A stretch of DNA of 64,000 nucleotides from Octopus vulgaris (GCA_951406725.2 OX597824.1:87172001-87236000); one strand, 5' to 3'; counted from the first letter of the stretch, positions 39,562 through 54,063 are shown. The notes: generated by a model from the sequence alone, not told the origin. Translations and numbers: made by a program.

Positions 39562-39641
39562 CTTTCTTATGAATGCATTAGTAGATAGTCCTTGTATTAT
39601 ATTTTAACGAATTTTTACAAGTATTTTCCTTGCTTCAGCAG
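39562..39641 (-). other. Candidate 80-nt non-coding (5' UTR) exon
   Basis: Acceptor ccttattcctctttattattatatag| and donor AAG|GTGAGT; stops in all three frames. Confidence 0.35.
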
Positions 39642-39786
39642 CTATATAATAATAAAGAGGAATAAGGAATAGATTATATTTGGATAAAAAGAGAAAATTA
39701 AAAAAAAGGGGAGTGAGAAAATATTTATTAATACAGCCTAGGTATTACACAATAAGAGCTAGAACTAGGAGTGACAATGGTAGTGC

Positions 39787-40020
39787 TTATTTCTTTACTA
39801 CCCATAAGGGGCTAAACACAGAGAGGACAAACAAGGACAGACAAACGGATTAAGTCGATTATATCGACCCCGATGCATAACTGGTACTTAATTTATCGAC
39901 CCCGAAAGGATGAAAGGTAAAGTCGACCTCGGTAGAATTTGAAACCAGATCGTAACGGCAGACAAAATACGGCTATGCATTTCACCCGGTGTGCTAACGT
40001 TTCAGCCAGCTCACCGCCTG
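39787..40020 (-). mobile_element. Family B SINE
   Basis: Reverse complement of family B; tggtagtg occurs at both flanks. Confidence 0.85.
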
Positions 40021-40322
40021 GTAGTGTTGCAGTCGCAGCCCTTTTTCCCTGTTTCTTTTTATGAGGGTTTGTGGTGACTTTTTAAACTCTTTCAGTGTGA
40101 AATTAATTCCAGTAATGATGTTTAATATCTACCGAAAATAGAACTGGTATTTTTTCTGCAAGTCACATTGCCCTAATAAACTTGACATTTCTCAACAAAA
40201 AGTGATTCCAAACATGACATTCCCCAACAAAAGATAGATTGGTATACAAAACTGCTTTTCACAGTTAAAGGTTTAATGAAATTTGGAGAGGATATATTTA
40301 ATTTCTGTGGTAAAATGGTTAA

Positions 40323-40714
40323 TCTATATATATAAAGCTGAAGTGGTCTGTGTGTGATAGGTTTGGTAGCCTTCAACTAACACTATCTCCTCCGAGACCC
40401 CGAGGCACAAGTTGACCAAAATTGAGAGTAGGATAGAAGAAGGCCTGCTCTTCATTCCGTAGAAGAAAAAATTCAAATCGAACCATATTAACGCCAAAAA
40501 TTATTTACATCAAAAAGGTGCTTTTTTTCTATGAAAATCCCTATTTTTTTAACGATTTTTTTACTGCTGTGTCGCCATTTTTCAGTGTATTTCAACCAGA
40601 AAAATGTTCACTTAAAGAGAATAACAAGCAACATAATGCAATTTTTTTACTTTTCAAAAATTCCAATTCTAAAGGGTTGAAACAAACCCAAGCAACGCCG
40701 GGCGATACTGCTAG
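40323..40714 (+). mobile_element. Non-autonomous Helitron
   Basis: A|TCtatatatataaag start; 3' end agcaacgccgggcgatactgCTAG|T shared with 28469-28857. Confidence 0.85.
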
Positions 40715-41839
40715 TATTCTTATAAAACATCCAAGAAGTAAATGGAATTAATTAGAAGACTAAGACTCCCTAGTGGCTCCCTCAATGGTTTGTGTGAGTA
40801 GTAAAGTACCGGAGTTGATTTAATCCTTCAACTACAAAATTAAATTTCATGTTTATTCCAGTAAAGAAGTTAAGAATCTGCCGAAAAGCAGAACTGGTGT
40901 TTTCTCCAAGTCATGCTGTCTCAGTTAACTTGACATTTCTCGACAAAAAATAATTTCAAACACGATATTCTTCAACTGCTTTCCACAGTTAAAGGTAATG
41001 GAATTTCAGGTGGATATATTTGATTTCTGCAGTAAAAGGTTTAACAGAATGCAAGAATAAAACCCACATGTGATTGGTAGGAATAGAAAAGAGGCACAAC
41101 TGACGAATGAGTGTAGCTTATGTCATGTCTGTAATAAATAAGTATAATGAAAGGCCAATGTCAGACCTCACAAAAATTTAATCAACTCCCAATACAGACA
41201 TGCCTGATAGTTATTTTATCAGCCCCAGAAGGGGAAAACACCAAGCTCGACACCCAACGGGATTTGAACTTGGAATATTATAACGATAAAACTAAATACT
41301 ACAAAGCATATAACATATCTGACGACATAAAAAGACGTACGGGTATATTAGATGCACCCCATTTTCAGCAGCGTACATTCAGGAAAAATTGGGGTTTAGG
41401 GAAAAATTAAATTACGAGAGGCCCAACATCACATGTAGGACTCGGACTCAGGGTGACTTTCTGAAATATTTCTGGGGGAACAAAGTGCGTCTTATTTGCC
41501 AATAAACGCAGAAATTCCAACACTATATCTACCTGACAAATCACAACTACAACCACCACTGTCAAAAGATAAAAGTACAACAACCACACATACTCATACA
41601 TTTACATACGCATATAGATATAGTATAAAAGTACAGAATTTATATATTTTTTTGTGCTCACTCAACAAGCATTTTATCAAATTTCTGGGTTAGAGACTCG
41701 ACTCATTTTACCAAACTGAGAAAATAGGTAACAGGGATGTTCTAGTTAAGGTACCTTTTTGTATTTTACTCCTCTGTCAAACTTAAACATCAACTCTTTT
41801 TGATTTTTAACATTATATTTCTATGTCAATCTATCTGCC

Positions 41840-41902
<63 letters not shown>

Positions 41903-42019
41903 GTCTATAAATTAGAGAAGAACCACCATGTAGCAATTCAATAATGATATACTTAAATCATTTACCTAGAACTAAAATAAGTACGAAATAATAAATAAAT
42001 AGTATATAATTAGTAGAAT

Positions 42020-42055
<36 letters not shown>

Positions 42056-42568
42056 TATACATACATACATACACTTGTTCATTCATTGGGTTCGTTTTTC
42101 CATTGCGTATATATATGTATACATACTCGTTCATTCATCTCAAGCTTGATATTCATATATATATATAAATGTATGTATAGAGAGAAAGATATATATATAT
42201 ATGTGTGTGAGTATGGATATATATATATATATATATATATGTAAGTATGGAAGGATGGATAGATACACACACAAACATACACAACTAGAAACACAGACAT
42301 ACATACACACATGCTTGTACACAAGTAATATCTTGCTTCTCTTCACAATATTTTTTAATAGTTTGTCTTCATCCTTTTGGAGACTGTTGTATGAATTAAT
42401 AAAAGTATTTTTCTCCCACAGATAATGGATGTCATGTACTCTCAATTCATGTTATTATAGAAAAAGGAAAAAAAAGAAAATAAATAGCAAACAAACAAAC
42501 AAAAAAACTAACAGTTCTTTTGTCAATGAAAAAACTCTAAGCAAAATAGAAAGAAACAATTATTGTTG

Positions 42569-42607
<39 letters not shown>

Positions 42608-42679
42608 GTTGTTGTTGTTATTGTTATTATTATTATTGTTATTGTCCTCCTCATCCTTCGCCCTGGTGGCAAATAAAAG

Positions 42680-42681
<2 letters not shown>

Positions 42682-42712
<31 letters not shown>

Positions 42713-42861
42713 CCATCACCATCGTCATCACCACCACCACCATCATCACCATCATCACTTTCATCATCATCATCATCGTCATCACCATCATCATCATCAC
42801 CACCATCAGCATTATCATCATCATCATCATCATCATCACTTTCATCATCATCATCATCACT

Positions 42862-42892
<31 letters not shown>

Positions 42893-42930
42893 CTTTCATC
42901 ATCATCATCATCATCATCGTCATCAACATC
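42682..42930. repeat. (CAT/CAC)n microsatellite
   Basis: Direct reading. Confidence 0.95.
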
Positions 42931-43301
42931 GCATTGTAAACTAAACTATTGATCACAATATTGCATTTGAAAAGAAGTTGAGTCAATGTTTGGAAAGGAG
43001 ACATAGAGAGACGGAAGGAGAGAGAAGAAAATTCTACATTGGAATCTTCCATTTTGTCAATCTTCTTACTGTTTAACAGGGAAACACGGCTGTCATATTT
43101 ATTGGAATTCTCTTTTTTTTTTGGTTTTCTAAGGATTGACCAAAAAACATGGAAACAGATAAGAGAAACTCTGCTTTTTTTTAATTTTTGATTTTGGTTA
43201 ATGGAAATATGTGGTAAAGGCTATAGGTATTTCTTTAAGAATAGTTGGTATTATTGGTAATAGTTAAAATGGAATATTAGTATTTCTGTAATTGATGAAT
43301 T

Positions 43302-43332
<31 letters not shown>

Positions 43333-43414
43333 AAAGGAGGAAAAGGAAATGGAGAGAAAAAATGGGCACAGAAGGTTTAAAGAACATCGGAGATAATGAC
43401 AGATGAAGACTAAC

Positions 43415-43700
43415 CTGAATAAATGCCAAGATACACATCAGCTGTGACTGCTGCAAGTCCTACACAACCAGTGAAGGAATTGGGAAGAGCGAGAGAGCGA
43501 GAGAGACGGAGAGAGACAGAGGGAGAGAGCAAGCAAGAGAGACAGCTGTAGTAGCAATGGCTGTGGAAAATAAAGAGCTGCTGTAGCTCTTCGGTAATTC
43601 TCTAAGCAGCTATAACATATGTGTAGCACGGAGAGAGAGCAAGCGTGCGAGCGAGCGAGAGGAGAGAAGAGAGAGAAGTCAGACAGAACCTTCAGATATA
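43415..43700 (-). promoter_or_regulatory. Candidate first exon / promoter region
   Basis: Donor CAG|GTTAGT at 43414; TE-free sequence with CT tracts and retained CpGs; 5' limit unknown. Confidence 0.3.
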
Positions 43701-43993
43701 GCCCACTTCTTACAATTCGCAGTAGCCTCTTATCGGCTAGGATCAATACTACCCCTATTGCTGCTATGAACCACAGAGGAGGGACAGGTAGAACCGTCCA
43801 TGACAGTAGCAGGAAACCTAATGTTTCTAGACGTATTCATTCCATCACAGCCAACAAGGATTGCTAACATGGTATTAATAGCGAAATAGAGGTGCAGAAC
43901 TTTAATTAAAGAAGCACATTTTTATACATATACATGTTACGTGTGTGTGTGGGTGTATGTGTTTTTGGTTATGTATGCATCATCACCATCATT

Positions 43994-44024
<31 letters not shown>

Positions 44025-44025
44025 C

Positions 44026-44058
44026 GTAGACAGATAGACAGACAGACAGGTAGGTAGG

Positions 44059-44097
<39 letters not shown>

Positions 44098-44612
44098 GTA
44101 GGTAGGTAGGTAGGTAGGTAGATAGGTAGGTAGGTAGGTAGGTGGATAGGTGGGTAGGTAGGTAGGTAGGTAGGTAGGTAGGTAGGTGGGTAGGTGGGTA
44201 GGTAGGTAGGTAAGGGGTAGGTAGGTAGGTAGGTAGGTAGGTAGGTAGGTAGGTAGGTGGGTAGGTGGGTAGGTAGGTAGGTAAGGGGTAGGTAGGTAGG
44301 TAGGTGGGTAGGTAGGTAGGTAGGTAGATATGTAGGTAGGTAGGTAGAAAGATATAGATAGATAGACAGACAGTCAGATAGATGGATGGATGGATGGATG
44401 GATGGATGGATAGATAGATAGACAGATAGGTAGATATGTAGGTAGGTAGATAGATAGATATAGGTAGATAGACAGACAGATAGATTGATAGATAGGTAGG
44501 TAGGTAGGTAGATATAGATAGATGGATAGATAGATAGATAGGTAGATAGATAGACAGACAGACAGATAGATAGATAGATATATAGATAGATAGATAGATA
44601 GATAGAGACAGA
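44026..44612. repeat. (TAGG)/(TAGA)/(TGGA) compound tetranucleotide satellite
   Basis: Direct reading. Confidence 0.95.
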
Positions 44613-45642
44613 GAAACACTTATATTCTAAGGTACAGTGTGTGTGTGTGGTGTGCATATGCATTTTATACATGCGTACGCACACACACACACACACACAC
44701 ATATATACATGCATACAGACGTATATCTATAATTGAATAAAGTTCAAATTTTAAACCACAGAAGGAACAAGGAAAGCTGTAAATGATGATAATGGAAACT
44801 GTGTAGGGGGAGAGAGAGCGGGGGTGGGGGGAGAGGAAGAGAGACAGAGGGAGAGAGAGAGAGGGGGAGACAGGGAGAGAGACGGACAGACAGACAGAGA
44901 CAGAGTAATCTAAACATAGATAAAATTGTTATTTCTTCAGAGAGAGAGAGAGAGAGGATGGAATTAAAAAACATACAAGATTAAAGCAGTTGCGAAAATA
45001 TCTTTAAAATAAACAATGTAATTTCCCCCCCCATACGATAAAGACCGATTTGTGTCTTAAAATGCTTTTTTTTTTTTGGTTTTTAACGATTAAAAGTGCG
45101 AGTCGAGTTAGTAGTAAACTGCTATGAGAAATGACTGATGGTGGAAGAATCTAATATATAACAAAGAATCTATATTGTAATACCGAAACTAGTGTGAAAT
45201 CAAGTGTAATGCAGTCTCATGAACCAAGCAGCCAATTTTTATCTTTACTACACGACAACGGTGATTCTACGCAGCAAGAATTGCTCACTCTGGAAATTTC
45301 CCAAGACAATAGTATTTTGTAACTTTTTCATACCTAGTGGTGATTCGGAATCATGAATGGGATTTTGATTAAAGTGTAAAAAACAAAAAAGATCGGAAAA
45401 AAAAAAGCCCTTACACATATGTGTATTATGTATGTATTTATAGAGATATATATGTATACATATATGCATGTATGTATGTATATGTATGTATATATATGTA
45501 TATATATGTATATATGTATATATATGTATAAATATATATATATATATATATATATGCATGTATGTATGTATAGGGTGTAAAGTAAGGGTGTTTCCAGAGA
45601 AGCACTCAACCCGAAAACTGGGCTCCCAACACTGTTGGGTTG

Positions 45643-45693
<51 letters not shown>

Positions 45694-45751
45694 ATATATA
45701 TGTGCATGTATGTATATATATATGTGTGTGTGTGTGTGTGTATGTATGGAA

Positions 45752-45808
<57 letters not shown>

Positions 45809-46354
45809 GTATATATGTGTGTGTGTGTGTGCGTGTATGGATATATATATATATATATAGATAGATAGATAGATATATACATATATACACTTTCACACAC
45901 ACTCATGCAATTTTCATGCTCCTTTCTACAAATTTAATCTTATTCAAATATAACTATTAAAACAAGGAAAAAAGGGGGAAGGGAAAAAAAAAAGGTTCCC
46001 TGTAAAAAAATAAAATCGTACGAATTTCCATCCTACCACCACCAATAAAAACCGAATCAATACGAACTAGTAAGAAATCAATACATTTCGAAACTGGTGT
46101 GTCGTAATACAATGGGATAAGTGTTGAATTGCATAACCATTCAAAGAACGTACGAGAAGAATAAACATGACAATGATTGCAGAATGATATTGAATCTTGC
46201 AATAACCAAAGCTGAAATTCTCTGACTGGTTAAATAATTAATAATGAAGCTTGAAATACCGACTACACTGACATTCCAATGTCAACTGAACTATACATAT
46301 ATCGAGCTGATCCTATGAGATTTAAGGTCTGTGTTTGCTGAAGGAACAATAACG

Positions 46355-46592
46355 TGTAATCATTTTGAACTATAAGGGATCAATCGAAGGTTTTGTAAGT
46401 ATGGGAAGATAGTATAAAAGTATGGGAAGATAGTATAAAGGTAAATGGATTTAAAAGCAAGGCAGGCAAAATGTAATCATTTTGAACTATAAGGGATCAA
46501 TCGAAGGTTTTGTAAAAAATAGGGGTGGGTTTATAAAAAAGTATGGGAAGATAGTGTAAAGGTAAATGGATTTAAAAGCAAGACAGGCAAAA
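46355..46592. repeat. ~118-bp tandem duplication with internal differences
   Basis: tgtaatcattttgaactataagggatcaatcgaagg...caggcaaaat occurs twice. Confidence 0.8.
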
Positions 46593-46909
46593 TATTGGTT
46601 TTGAATTTTGGCACAAGGCCAGCAATTTTGGGGGTGGGGGTAGGGGTAAGTCGATTACATCAACCCCTGGTTCCAACTGATACTTATTTACTGACCCCAA
46701 AAGAGTGAAAGGCAAAGTGCTGGAGCACTGCCTTTAGTTGAGCAAATCAATCCCAGGACTTATTGTTTGTAAGCCTAGTACTTATTCTATCGGTCTTTTT
46801 TGCTGAACCGCTAAGTTATGGGGATGTAAACACACCAGCATCGGTTGTCAAGCGATGCTGGTGGGACAAACACAGACACACAAACATATACACACACATA
46901 CATACATAC

Positions 46910-46961
<52 letters not shown>

Positions 46962-47007
46962 TTTAACGTCCGCTTTCCATACTAGCATGGGTATATATAT
47001 ATATATA

Positions 47008-47045
47008 TATTGGGTTGTCCGGAAAGTTTGTGCTGATTTTTAAAG
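47008..47045 (+). mobile_element. Solo mariner-like terminal inverted repeat
   Basis: TA followed by ttgggttgtccggaaagtttgtgctgattt; partner not found. Confidence 0.4.
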
Positions 47046-48496
47046 GAAAGAAAAAGGTCAATAAATACTTGCCACAACTTAAAAACTGAGAAAAATGCAG
47101 CCATATGACTTTCAGAATGTGATATCTCAGCAAGGAATAAAGTTAGGAAGCAGGTTTTGGTCTTAAAATGACCATGAAGACCTCCTCTAATCATTCCACC
47201 TATGTAAAATTATTTATTTATGTATGCATCTGAAAGATGAAACAATGACTGCATCTTTCTCATTTTGTAGAATATACCAGAACTACGAAATGGTGTATCA
47301 TATTGCATATTTTAGCCATAATACCTAGAAAAACATACAGAGACCCCCAAAGGTACTGTTTGTGTGTTAATATACCAAGGTAAGTATCTTTAAGAGGTGA
47401 GACAAGATAGTATGATATTAGCCCATTATTGTTATGATGGTAATGAGGAATATTAGAAAACAAGCCATAACACCTCGAAAAACGATACAGGGACCACACC
47501 AAAGTTATTGATTGAGGGTGTGGGCTTACTATGGAGTGTTACTAAACCCTCTGGTCCAAGTTTGGGTGAGTGTGCATCGTGTCAAGAGCGTCAAGGTACA
47601 ATTATTTTCAACCAGATTTTCGACCTTATTGCAAGCCTCATTAGTTTTTCCTCACAACTTTTTTTGGATTCTAGACATCGAGACAAAGAAAATGATATAC
47701 TAACTTTGAAAATGACTGGGGGTGGTGTTTATGACACTCTGTTACTAAACGCCCCATTTATGTCAATAAATTCTTATGAATGGGGCCCAGTTGAATGTTG
47801 TAAGTTCTAAGAATAAGAATCCAATTGGAAATTCTGACAGACAGTGAAACTCACCAAGCAATTACAATATTTACAATCAAGAAGAGAAATGGCTAAATAA
47901 CTAAATTATGAACATCTTAAGCAATTACTGACCCATATCTGTCTCACGTGGCTTTGAGGTCATTTCGATTGCATGCTCCACCTTGGGTAAGTGTCTTTTA
48001 CTATAGCCTGGGGCTATAGTAACAGCTGTCCATCGTGTGTACGTGTGAATTTGTCTTGACATCACACGACTGTTATAAATGATTGCCACTGTCATAGAAG
48101 CAATGTCATTTGTTTCCAAGGTTCTGCGAGAACATGTCTGACCATGGAGAAATATTACTTTGCTTGGAAACAAATGAGGGCTGATGATAGGAAGGATAAT
48201 GATGATGATGGATTGATGATGATGATGACGACGACAAATATTGCATAAAGAATTTGCAACCAAGAGCAGATGTTTTTAAAAACTTCTAACAGAATTCATT
48301 TCAATTGCGTTTTTCCTTATCAATAATTCTTATATAAGCAAATGAGTAAGAGAATTAAGGAAGTTAAGAAGAAAACTGGAAGCCGCAGACATCAAGAATT
48401 GCTTAGCCAAGAGATGGTGGAAACAGAGTGAAATACAAAGTGTGTGTGTGTGCATAGATAGATTATGATGCTCAGTGCACACACAGACATATTATA

Positions 48497-48708
48497 TACT
48501 CTTTTACTTGTTTCAGTCATCTGACTGCGGCCATGCAGGAGCACCGCCTTTAGTCGAGCAAATCGACCTCGGTACTTATTCTTTGTAAGCCCAGTACTTA
48601 TTCTATCGGTCTCTTTTGCCGAACCGCTAAGTGACGAGGACATAAGCACACCAGCATCGGTTGTCAAGCAATGCTAGGGGGACAAATACAGACATACAAA
48701 CATACACG

Positions 48709-48774
<66 letters not shown>

Positions 48775-49066
48775 TATATAATATATATATATATATACAT
48801 ATATATATACATATACATATATATATACACACATATATACATATACATATATATATACACATATATATACATATATATATACATATATATATATACATAT
48901 ATACGACGGGCTTCTTTCAGTTTCTGTCTACCAAATCCACTCACAACGCTTTTGTCAGCCCGAGGCTATAGTAGAAGACACTTACCCAACGTACCACGCA
49001 GTGGGACTGAACTTGGAACCATGTGGTTGGTAAACAAGCTACATACCACACAGCCACTCCTGCGCC
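48497..49066 (-). mobile_element. Family A SINE with internal (TA)n expanded to ~200 bp
   Basis: Reverse complement of the consensus. Confidence 0.9.
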
Positions 49067-49140
49067 TATATATACATATATATTCTTTTACATGTTTCAG
49101 TCTTTAGATTGTGGTTATGATATAACATACACACACATAT

Positions 49141-49361
49141 AAAATTATAATTTAGGGTATCTAAGAGATACCACCACGCTAGAAATAGCAGCCAAAACTT
49201 GACTCTAAACTAGCAAAAGTTTTTCTAGTTTATTTTGTCATTTTGTCATTTTGTCTTCTCTCCTGGTGCTGTATGAGAACATTAAATGTAGTTTTAGAGT
49301 CAAGCTTTGGCTGCTATTTCCAGCGTGGTGGTATCTCTTTGATACCCTAAATTATAATTTT
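49141..49361. mobile_element. Inverted Penelope-like end (~72-bp arms)
   Basis: Arms 49141-49212 and 49289-49361; homologous to 7440-7560. Confidence 0.65.
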
Positions 49362-49441
49362 AATAATAATTATTACCTTTGAAGGTTTTTATTCCCATGT
49401 TGGCCACTTGATAAGATCGATATTTAAATTAACGATCTTAT

Positions 49442-49505
<64 letters not shown>

Positions 49506-49959
49506 TGGCACTTCGTCAGTTATGACGACGAGGGTTCCAGGTGATCCAATCAACGGAACAGCCTGCTCATGAAATTAACATGCAAGTGGCTGAGCACTCC
49601 ACAGACACGTGTATCCTTAACATAGTTCACAGGGAGATTCAGCGTGACACAGTGTGTTACAAGGCTGGCTCCCTTTGAAATACAGGTACGACAGAAACAG
49701 GAAGACAGAGTGAGAGTACACTCTGTAAAGTGGTTGACATTAGGAAGGAAGGGTATCAAGCTGTAGAAACCAAGCCAAAACAGACCATGGATCCTGGTGT
49801 GGCCCCCTGGCCTTACCAGTCAGACCATCCAACCCATACCAGCATAGAAAACGGATGTCAAATGATGATGATGATGGTGGTGGTGATAATGATACACACA
49901 CACTCACACACACACACAATCTAAAATAATAATTTAACAAATAAGATTAAAATATTGAA

Positions 49960-50630
49960 GTGCTGGTGGCACGTGAAAAAACATTCAAGCGAGGTCATTG
50001 CCAGTGCCGCTGGACTGGCTCCTGTGCAGGGGGCACATAAAAAGCAGCATTTGAGCGTGGCCGTTGCCAGTACTGCCTGACTGGCCCTACTACACTCTCG
50101 GAGTGCCTACTACACTCTCGGAGTGGTTGGCATTAGGAAGGGATTCCAGCAGTAGAAACTCTGCCAGATCAAGATTGCAACCTGGTGCAGCCATCTGGTT
50201 CGCCAGCCCTCAGTCAAAATCGTCCAACCCATGCTAGCATGGAAAGCGGACATTAAATGACAATGATGATGATGATGATGATGATGATAACTGAACCTGG
50301 AATTACATCATCCAATATGTTCTTTTCCTTTTCTAAGATGGTAGAATGTCATTTAACACCATTTGAGCGTAGCTGTTGCCAGTACCACCTGACTGGCCCT
50401 CGTGCCACTGGCATGTAAAAGCACCCACTACACTCACGGAGTGGTTGGCATTAGGAAGGGCTTCCAGCAGTAGAAACTCTGCCAGATCAAGATTGATGCC
50501 TGGTGCAGCCATCTGGTTCGCCAGTCCTCAGTCAAATCGTCCAACACATGCTAGCATGGAAAGCGGACATTAAACGATGAAGATGATGATGATAATGATG
50601 ATGATAATGATAATGATGATGATGATGTTG
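49960..50630 (+). mobile_element. Two family D elements
   Basis: Conserved tails ending in (GAT)n at ~50290 and ~50627. Confidence 0.85.
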
Positions 50631-51295
50631 TATAACCCTAGCCCCCAAATCAACCCAAATCAAAGGCATTCCAGCCTTGTCAGCCTGGAACAACATTATC
50701 CAAGCATCTTTTTTTAAATTTTTTTCTGATAGGGGTGAGGTTCAATGGAGATTAATCTCTCATTTCTATCAGGTCATGTAACCAAATAAAGGCTCCGTGG
50801 TTGGCTCAATTTTTATTCAGTCAAAAATTTACAGCATGCAAGACATTCTTAAGAAGAAAGAAAATATACGGCTCCTTGTAACACCTTCTTTTGCTGGCCA
50901 GAAACAGAACAATGCTTCATTATACTTACTAGGTCATCATATACAAAATAAGAAAATGTATATTCTTGAGATATTAATTTCATATTTTTTTTCTTTACAA
51001 GGCTAAGTCTAAAAATAATCACTCATTCACAATTCATTTTTTATTAGTTTTGGGGCCTTTTTTTTTTCATTTTCTTAATAGCTTAGTCAGAGCCAGTACC
51101 CTTTTTTATTTTTATTATTTTCATTTTTTACTTTTATTTATTTTTTTTTTTCAATTAAAATAATTTTTTTGGCAGTGACTCAGACAATGGTGGGGAGTAG
51201 GTGGGGAGAAAGGAACTATGACTCATGAGTTATCCTCAGACTGGAGTCTATGTTGAAATGTTCGTACCAAAATGAACTCTGCTAAAGGGACCAAA

Positions 51296-51529
51296 AGAGC
51301 CTGGTGGTAGAGTCAGGTGCAGGAGTCAGGTGCAAGAGTCAGGTGGTAGAGTCAGGTGCAAGAGTCAGGTGGAAGAGTCAGGTGGTAGAGTCAAGTGCAA
51401 GAGTCAGGTGGAAGAGTCAGGTGGTAGAGTCAGGTGCAAGAGTCAGGTGGTAGAGTCAGGTGCAAGAGTCAGGTGGAAGAGTCAGGTGGTAGAGTCAGGT
51501 GCAAGAGTCAGGTGCAAGAGTCAGGTGGT
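51296..51529. repeat. 13-bp minisatellite agagtcaggtg(gt/ca/ga), 18 units
   Basis: Units enumerated from 51296 in 13-bp steps. Confidence 0.95.
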
Positions 51530-51767
51530 AGTGCTGAACAGAACAATGAACTCTGCCCACTCTCCTAAGAACTGATACACTTCGACTGACAAGCTTCCAC
51601 ACAATTCCAGCAAAGCAGTTTTCTCTCAAAAGTGCTTGGCGTTGCCAACCAAGGTTACAAGAGACAACACTTTCTAAAGGTGTTGGGCAGTGAGATTGAA
51701 CCTAGAAGCATGTGATTTGAAAATGAACTTTTTAACAACATAGCCATGCCTACACTGATAAATCTAT

Positions 51768-51798
<31 letters not shown>

Positions 51799-51995
51799 GT
51801 CGTCGTCGTCATCATTTTTAATATCCGATGACGGTGGTGGTGGTGGTGATGATGATGGTGGTGGTGGTGGTGGTGGTGATGATGGTGATGATGGTGATGA
51901 TGGTGGTGATGATGGTGATGAGGATGATAATGGTGATGATGGTGGTGGTGAAGATGGTGATGAGGATGATGGTGATGATAATGGTGATGATGGTG

Positions 51996-52027
<32 letters not shown>

Positions 52028-52105
52028 AATGGTGATGATACTGACAATGATGATGGTGATGATGGTGGGGGCAATGATGATGATGATGATGATGACGATG
52101 AGGTG
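51768..52105. repeat. (CAT)n followed by (GAT/GGT)n trinucleotide tracts
   Basis: Direct reading. Confidence 0.95.
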
Positions 52106-52699
52106 AAATTCCTTTGTTGGCAAAGTTTTAATCCCTTCATAATTGTTAAACTCCTCAAAGTGACTCATCCTGAAGGAGTTGCAAAGAAAGGATGTGATGA
52201 GGAAGAGGAGAACCAGCCAAGGAGTCAGTTTACAAGGTATTTTCACGGTCATTTAATAACCATTCGTTTGGCACAACAGGTGCAAATGATTCACTGCTGT
52301 AAGTAAAGCAGGGGGTAAGAAACACAGGTGTGTTTCATAAGATTGTAATCAGATATTCAGAGCTTCCTTTTCCCTTTCATTATTGTTTTTTTTTGCTTGC
52401 TTCAGTCATTGCACTGTGGCCATGCTGGGGCACTGCCTTGAAAGGTTTAATCAAGCAAATCGATGCCGGTACTTATTTCATTGGTCTCTTTTAATAAACT
52501 GAATAAGTTGCAGGAGTATAAATAAGTCGACACCAGTTGCTAAGCAGAGGGTGGCGGACACACACACACACACACACACACAATGTGACTTACAGGAAAT
52601 AATACAAGCCGATAGTTTGTTCCTTTTATCTTGTATTTCAATATTTTGAACTTAGGGTCCCTTCTTCAGGTAATTTTAGGAGAAAAGATGTAAACCTCA

Positions 52700-52911
52700 A
52701 CTTACTTGTTTCAGTCATTTGACTGTGGCCATGCTGGAGCACCGCCTTTAGTCGAGCAAATCGACCTCAGGACTTATTCTTTGTAAGCCTAGTGCTTATT
52801 CTATCGGTCTCTTTTGCCGAACCGCTAAGTTACAGGGACGTAAACACACCAGCATTGGTCGTCAAGTGATGTTGTGGGGGGACAAACAGAGACACATAAA
52901 CACAAACATAT

Positions 52912-52965
<54 letters not shown>

Positions 52966-53655
52966 GGCTTCTTTCAGTTTCTATCTACCAAATCCACTCA
53001 CAAGGCTTTGGTCAGCCCGAGGTTATAGTAGAAGACACTTGCCCAAGGTGCCACGCTACTTAATATTTTTTTTATTGCCCACAAGGTGCTAAACATAGAA
53101 GGGACAACGTCCCAAGTGCATAACTGGTACTTAATTTATCGACCCTGAAAGGATGACAGGCAAAGTCGACCTTGTTGGAATTTGAACTCAGAATGTAGCA
53201 GCAGACAAAATACCTATTTCTTTACTACCCACAAGGAGCTAAACACTGAGGGGACACACAAGGACAGACAAACGGATTAAGTCGATTACAATGAACCCAG
53301 TGCATAACTGGTACTTAATTTATCGACACTGAAAGGATGACAGGCAAAGTCGACCTTGGTGGAATTTGAACTCAGAACGTAGTGGCAGACGAAATACCTA
53401 TTTCTTTACTACCCAAAAGGGGCTAAACACAGAGAGGACAAACAAGGACAAACAGATTAAGTCGATTAAATCGACCCCAGTGCGTAACTGGTACTTAATT
53501 TATCGACCCCGAAAGGATGACAGGCAAAGTCGACATTGGTGGAATTTGAACTCAGAACATAGCGGCAGACGAAATACTGCTAAGCATTTCGCCCGGAGTG
53601 CTAACGTTTCTGCCAGCTCGCCACTACTTACCACACAGCCACTCCTATGCCTAGT
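52700..53655 (-). mobile_element. Family A SINE interrupted by a family B trimer (53064-53622)
   Basis: A to ~53055; B junctions at 53213 and 53397; A head remnant at 53623-53652. Confidence 0.85.
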
Positions 53656-54061
53656 GGTGTAGGATACCCATATCTCCTAATTTTATTGAATATCAAAAAT
53701 GCTTGGATAGGTAATAAACTAGATGCATAAGAAGTATTATCAGTCGAATAAGGAAAGAGTTATTAGGGCCAAGTAGATGGATAACCAGCGAAGCTAATAG
53801 GAAAAATGGCGACTGATGGTTGTTATCGACGCCAAGATTACATTCCTACACATGAGAACTTAGGAAATCTCAACGGATTGAATTCTGGGAATCAAAAGCA
53901 TCAGTTAGTCTTTGAAAGAAATGATGAAATGGAGATGATGAGAGCTTGGCTATGAAACTTAAGAAGAACGAGATGAGTTAAAATGATGGCAGAGTGGCAA
54001 TATGAGAACGACATTTTCAAACAAGTTAGTCCAAACTAAATTAACAGAGCTAAAGCCAATA

Positions 54062-54063
<2 letters not shown>

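Noticed and set aside
40085-41045. Two diverged ~200-bp copies either side of a Helitron
   Set aside because: Not a TSD, since Helitrons make none and the second copy is not adjacent; probably old TTAA-type repeats.
42429-43052. Poly-His and poly-Met ORFs
   Set aside because: Products of (CAT)n and (TTA)n repeats; no splice support found.
43989-44714. 241-aa ORF and similar YI/CV/ER-rich ORFs elsewhere
   Set aside because: Translations of microsatellites.
51330-51575. Repetitive ORF ESGGRVRCKSQV
   Set aside because: Arises from the 13-bp minisatellite.
52610-52690. Possible degenerate minus-strand hammerhead (also ~20345-20375)
   Set aside because: CTGAnGA is present, but GAAA and the closing stems are not intact.
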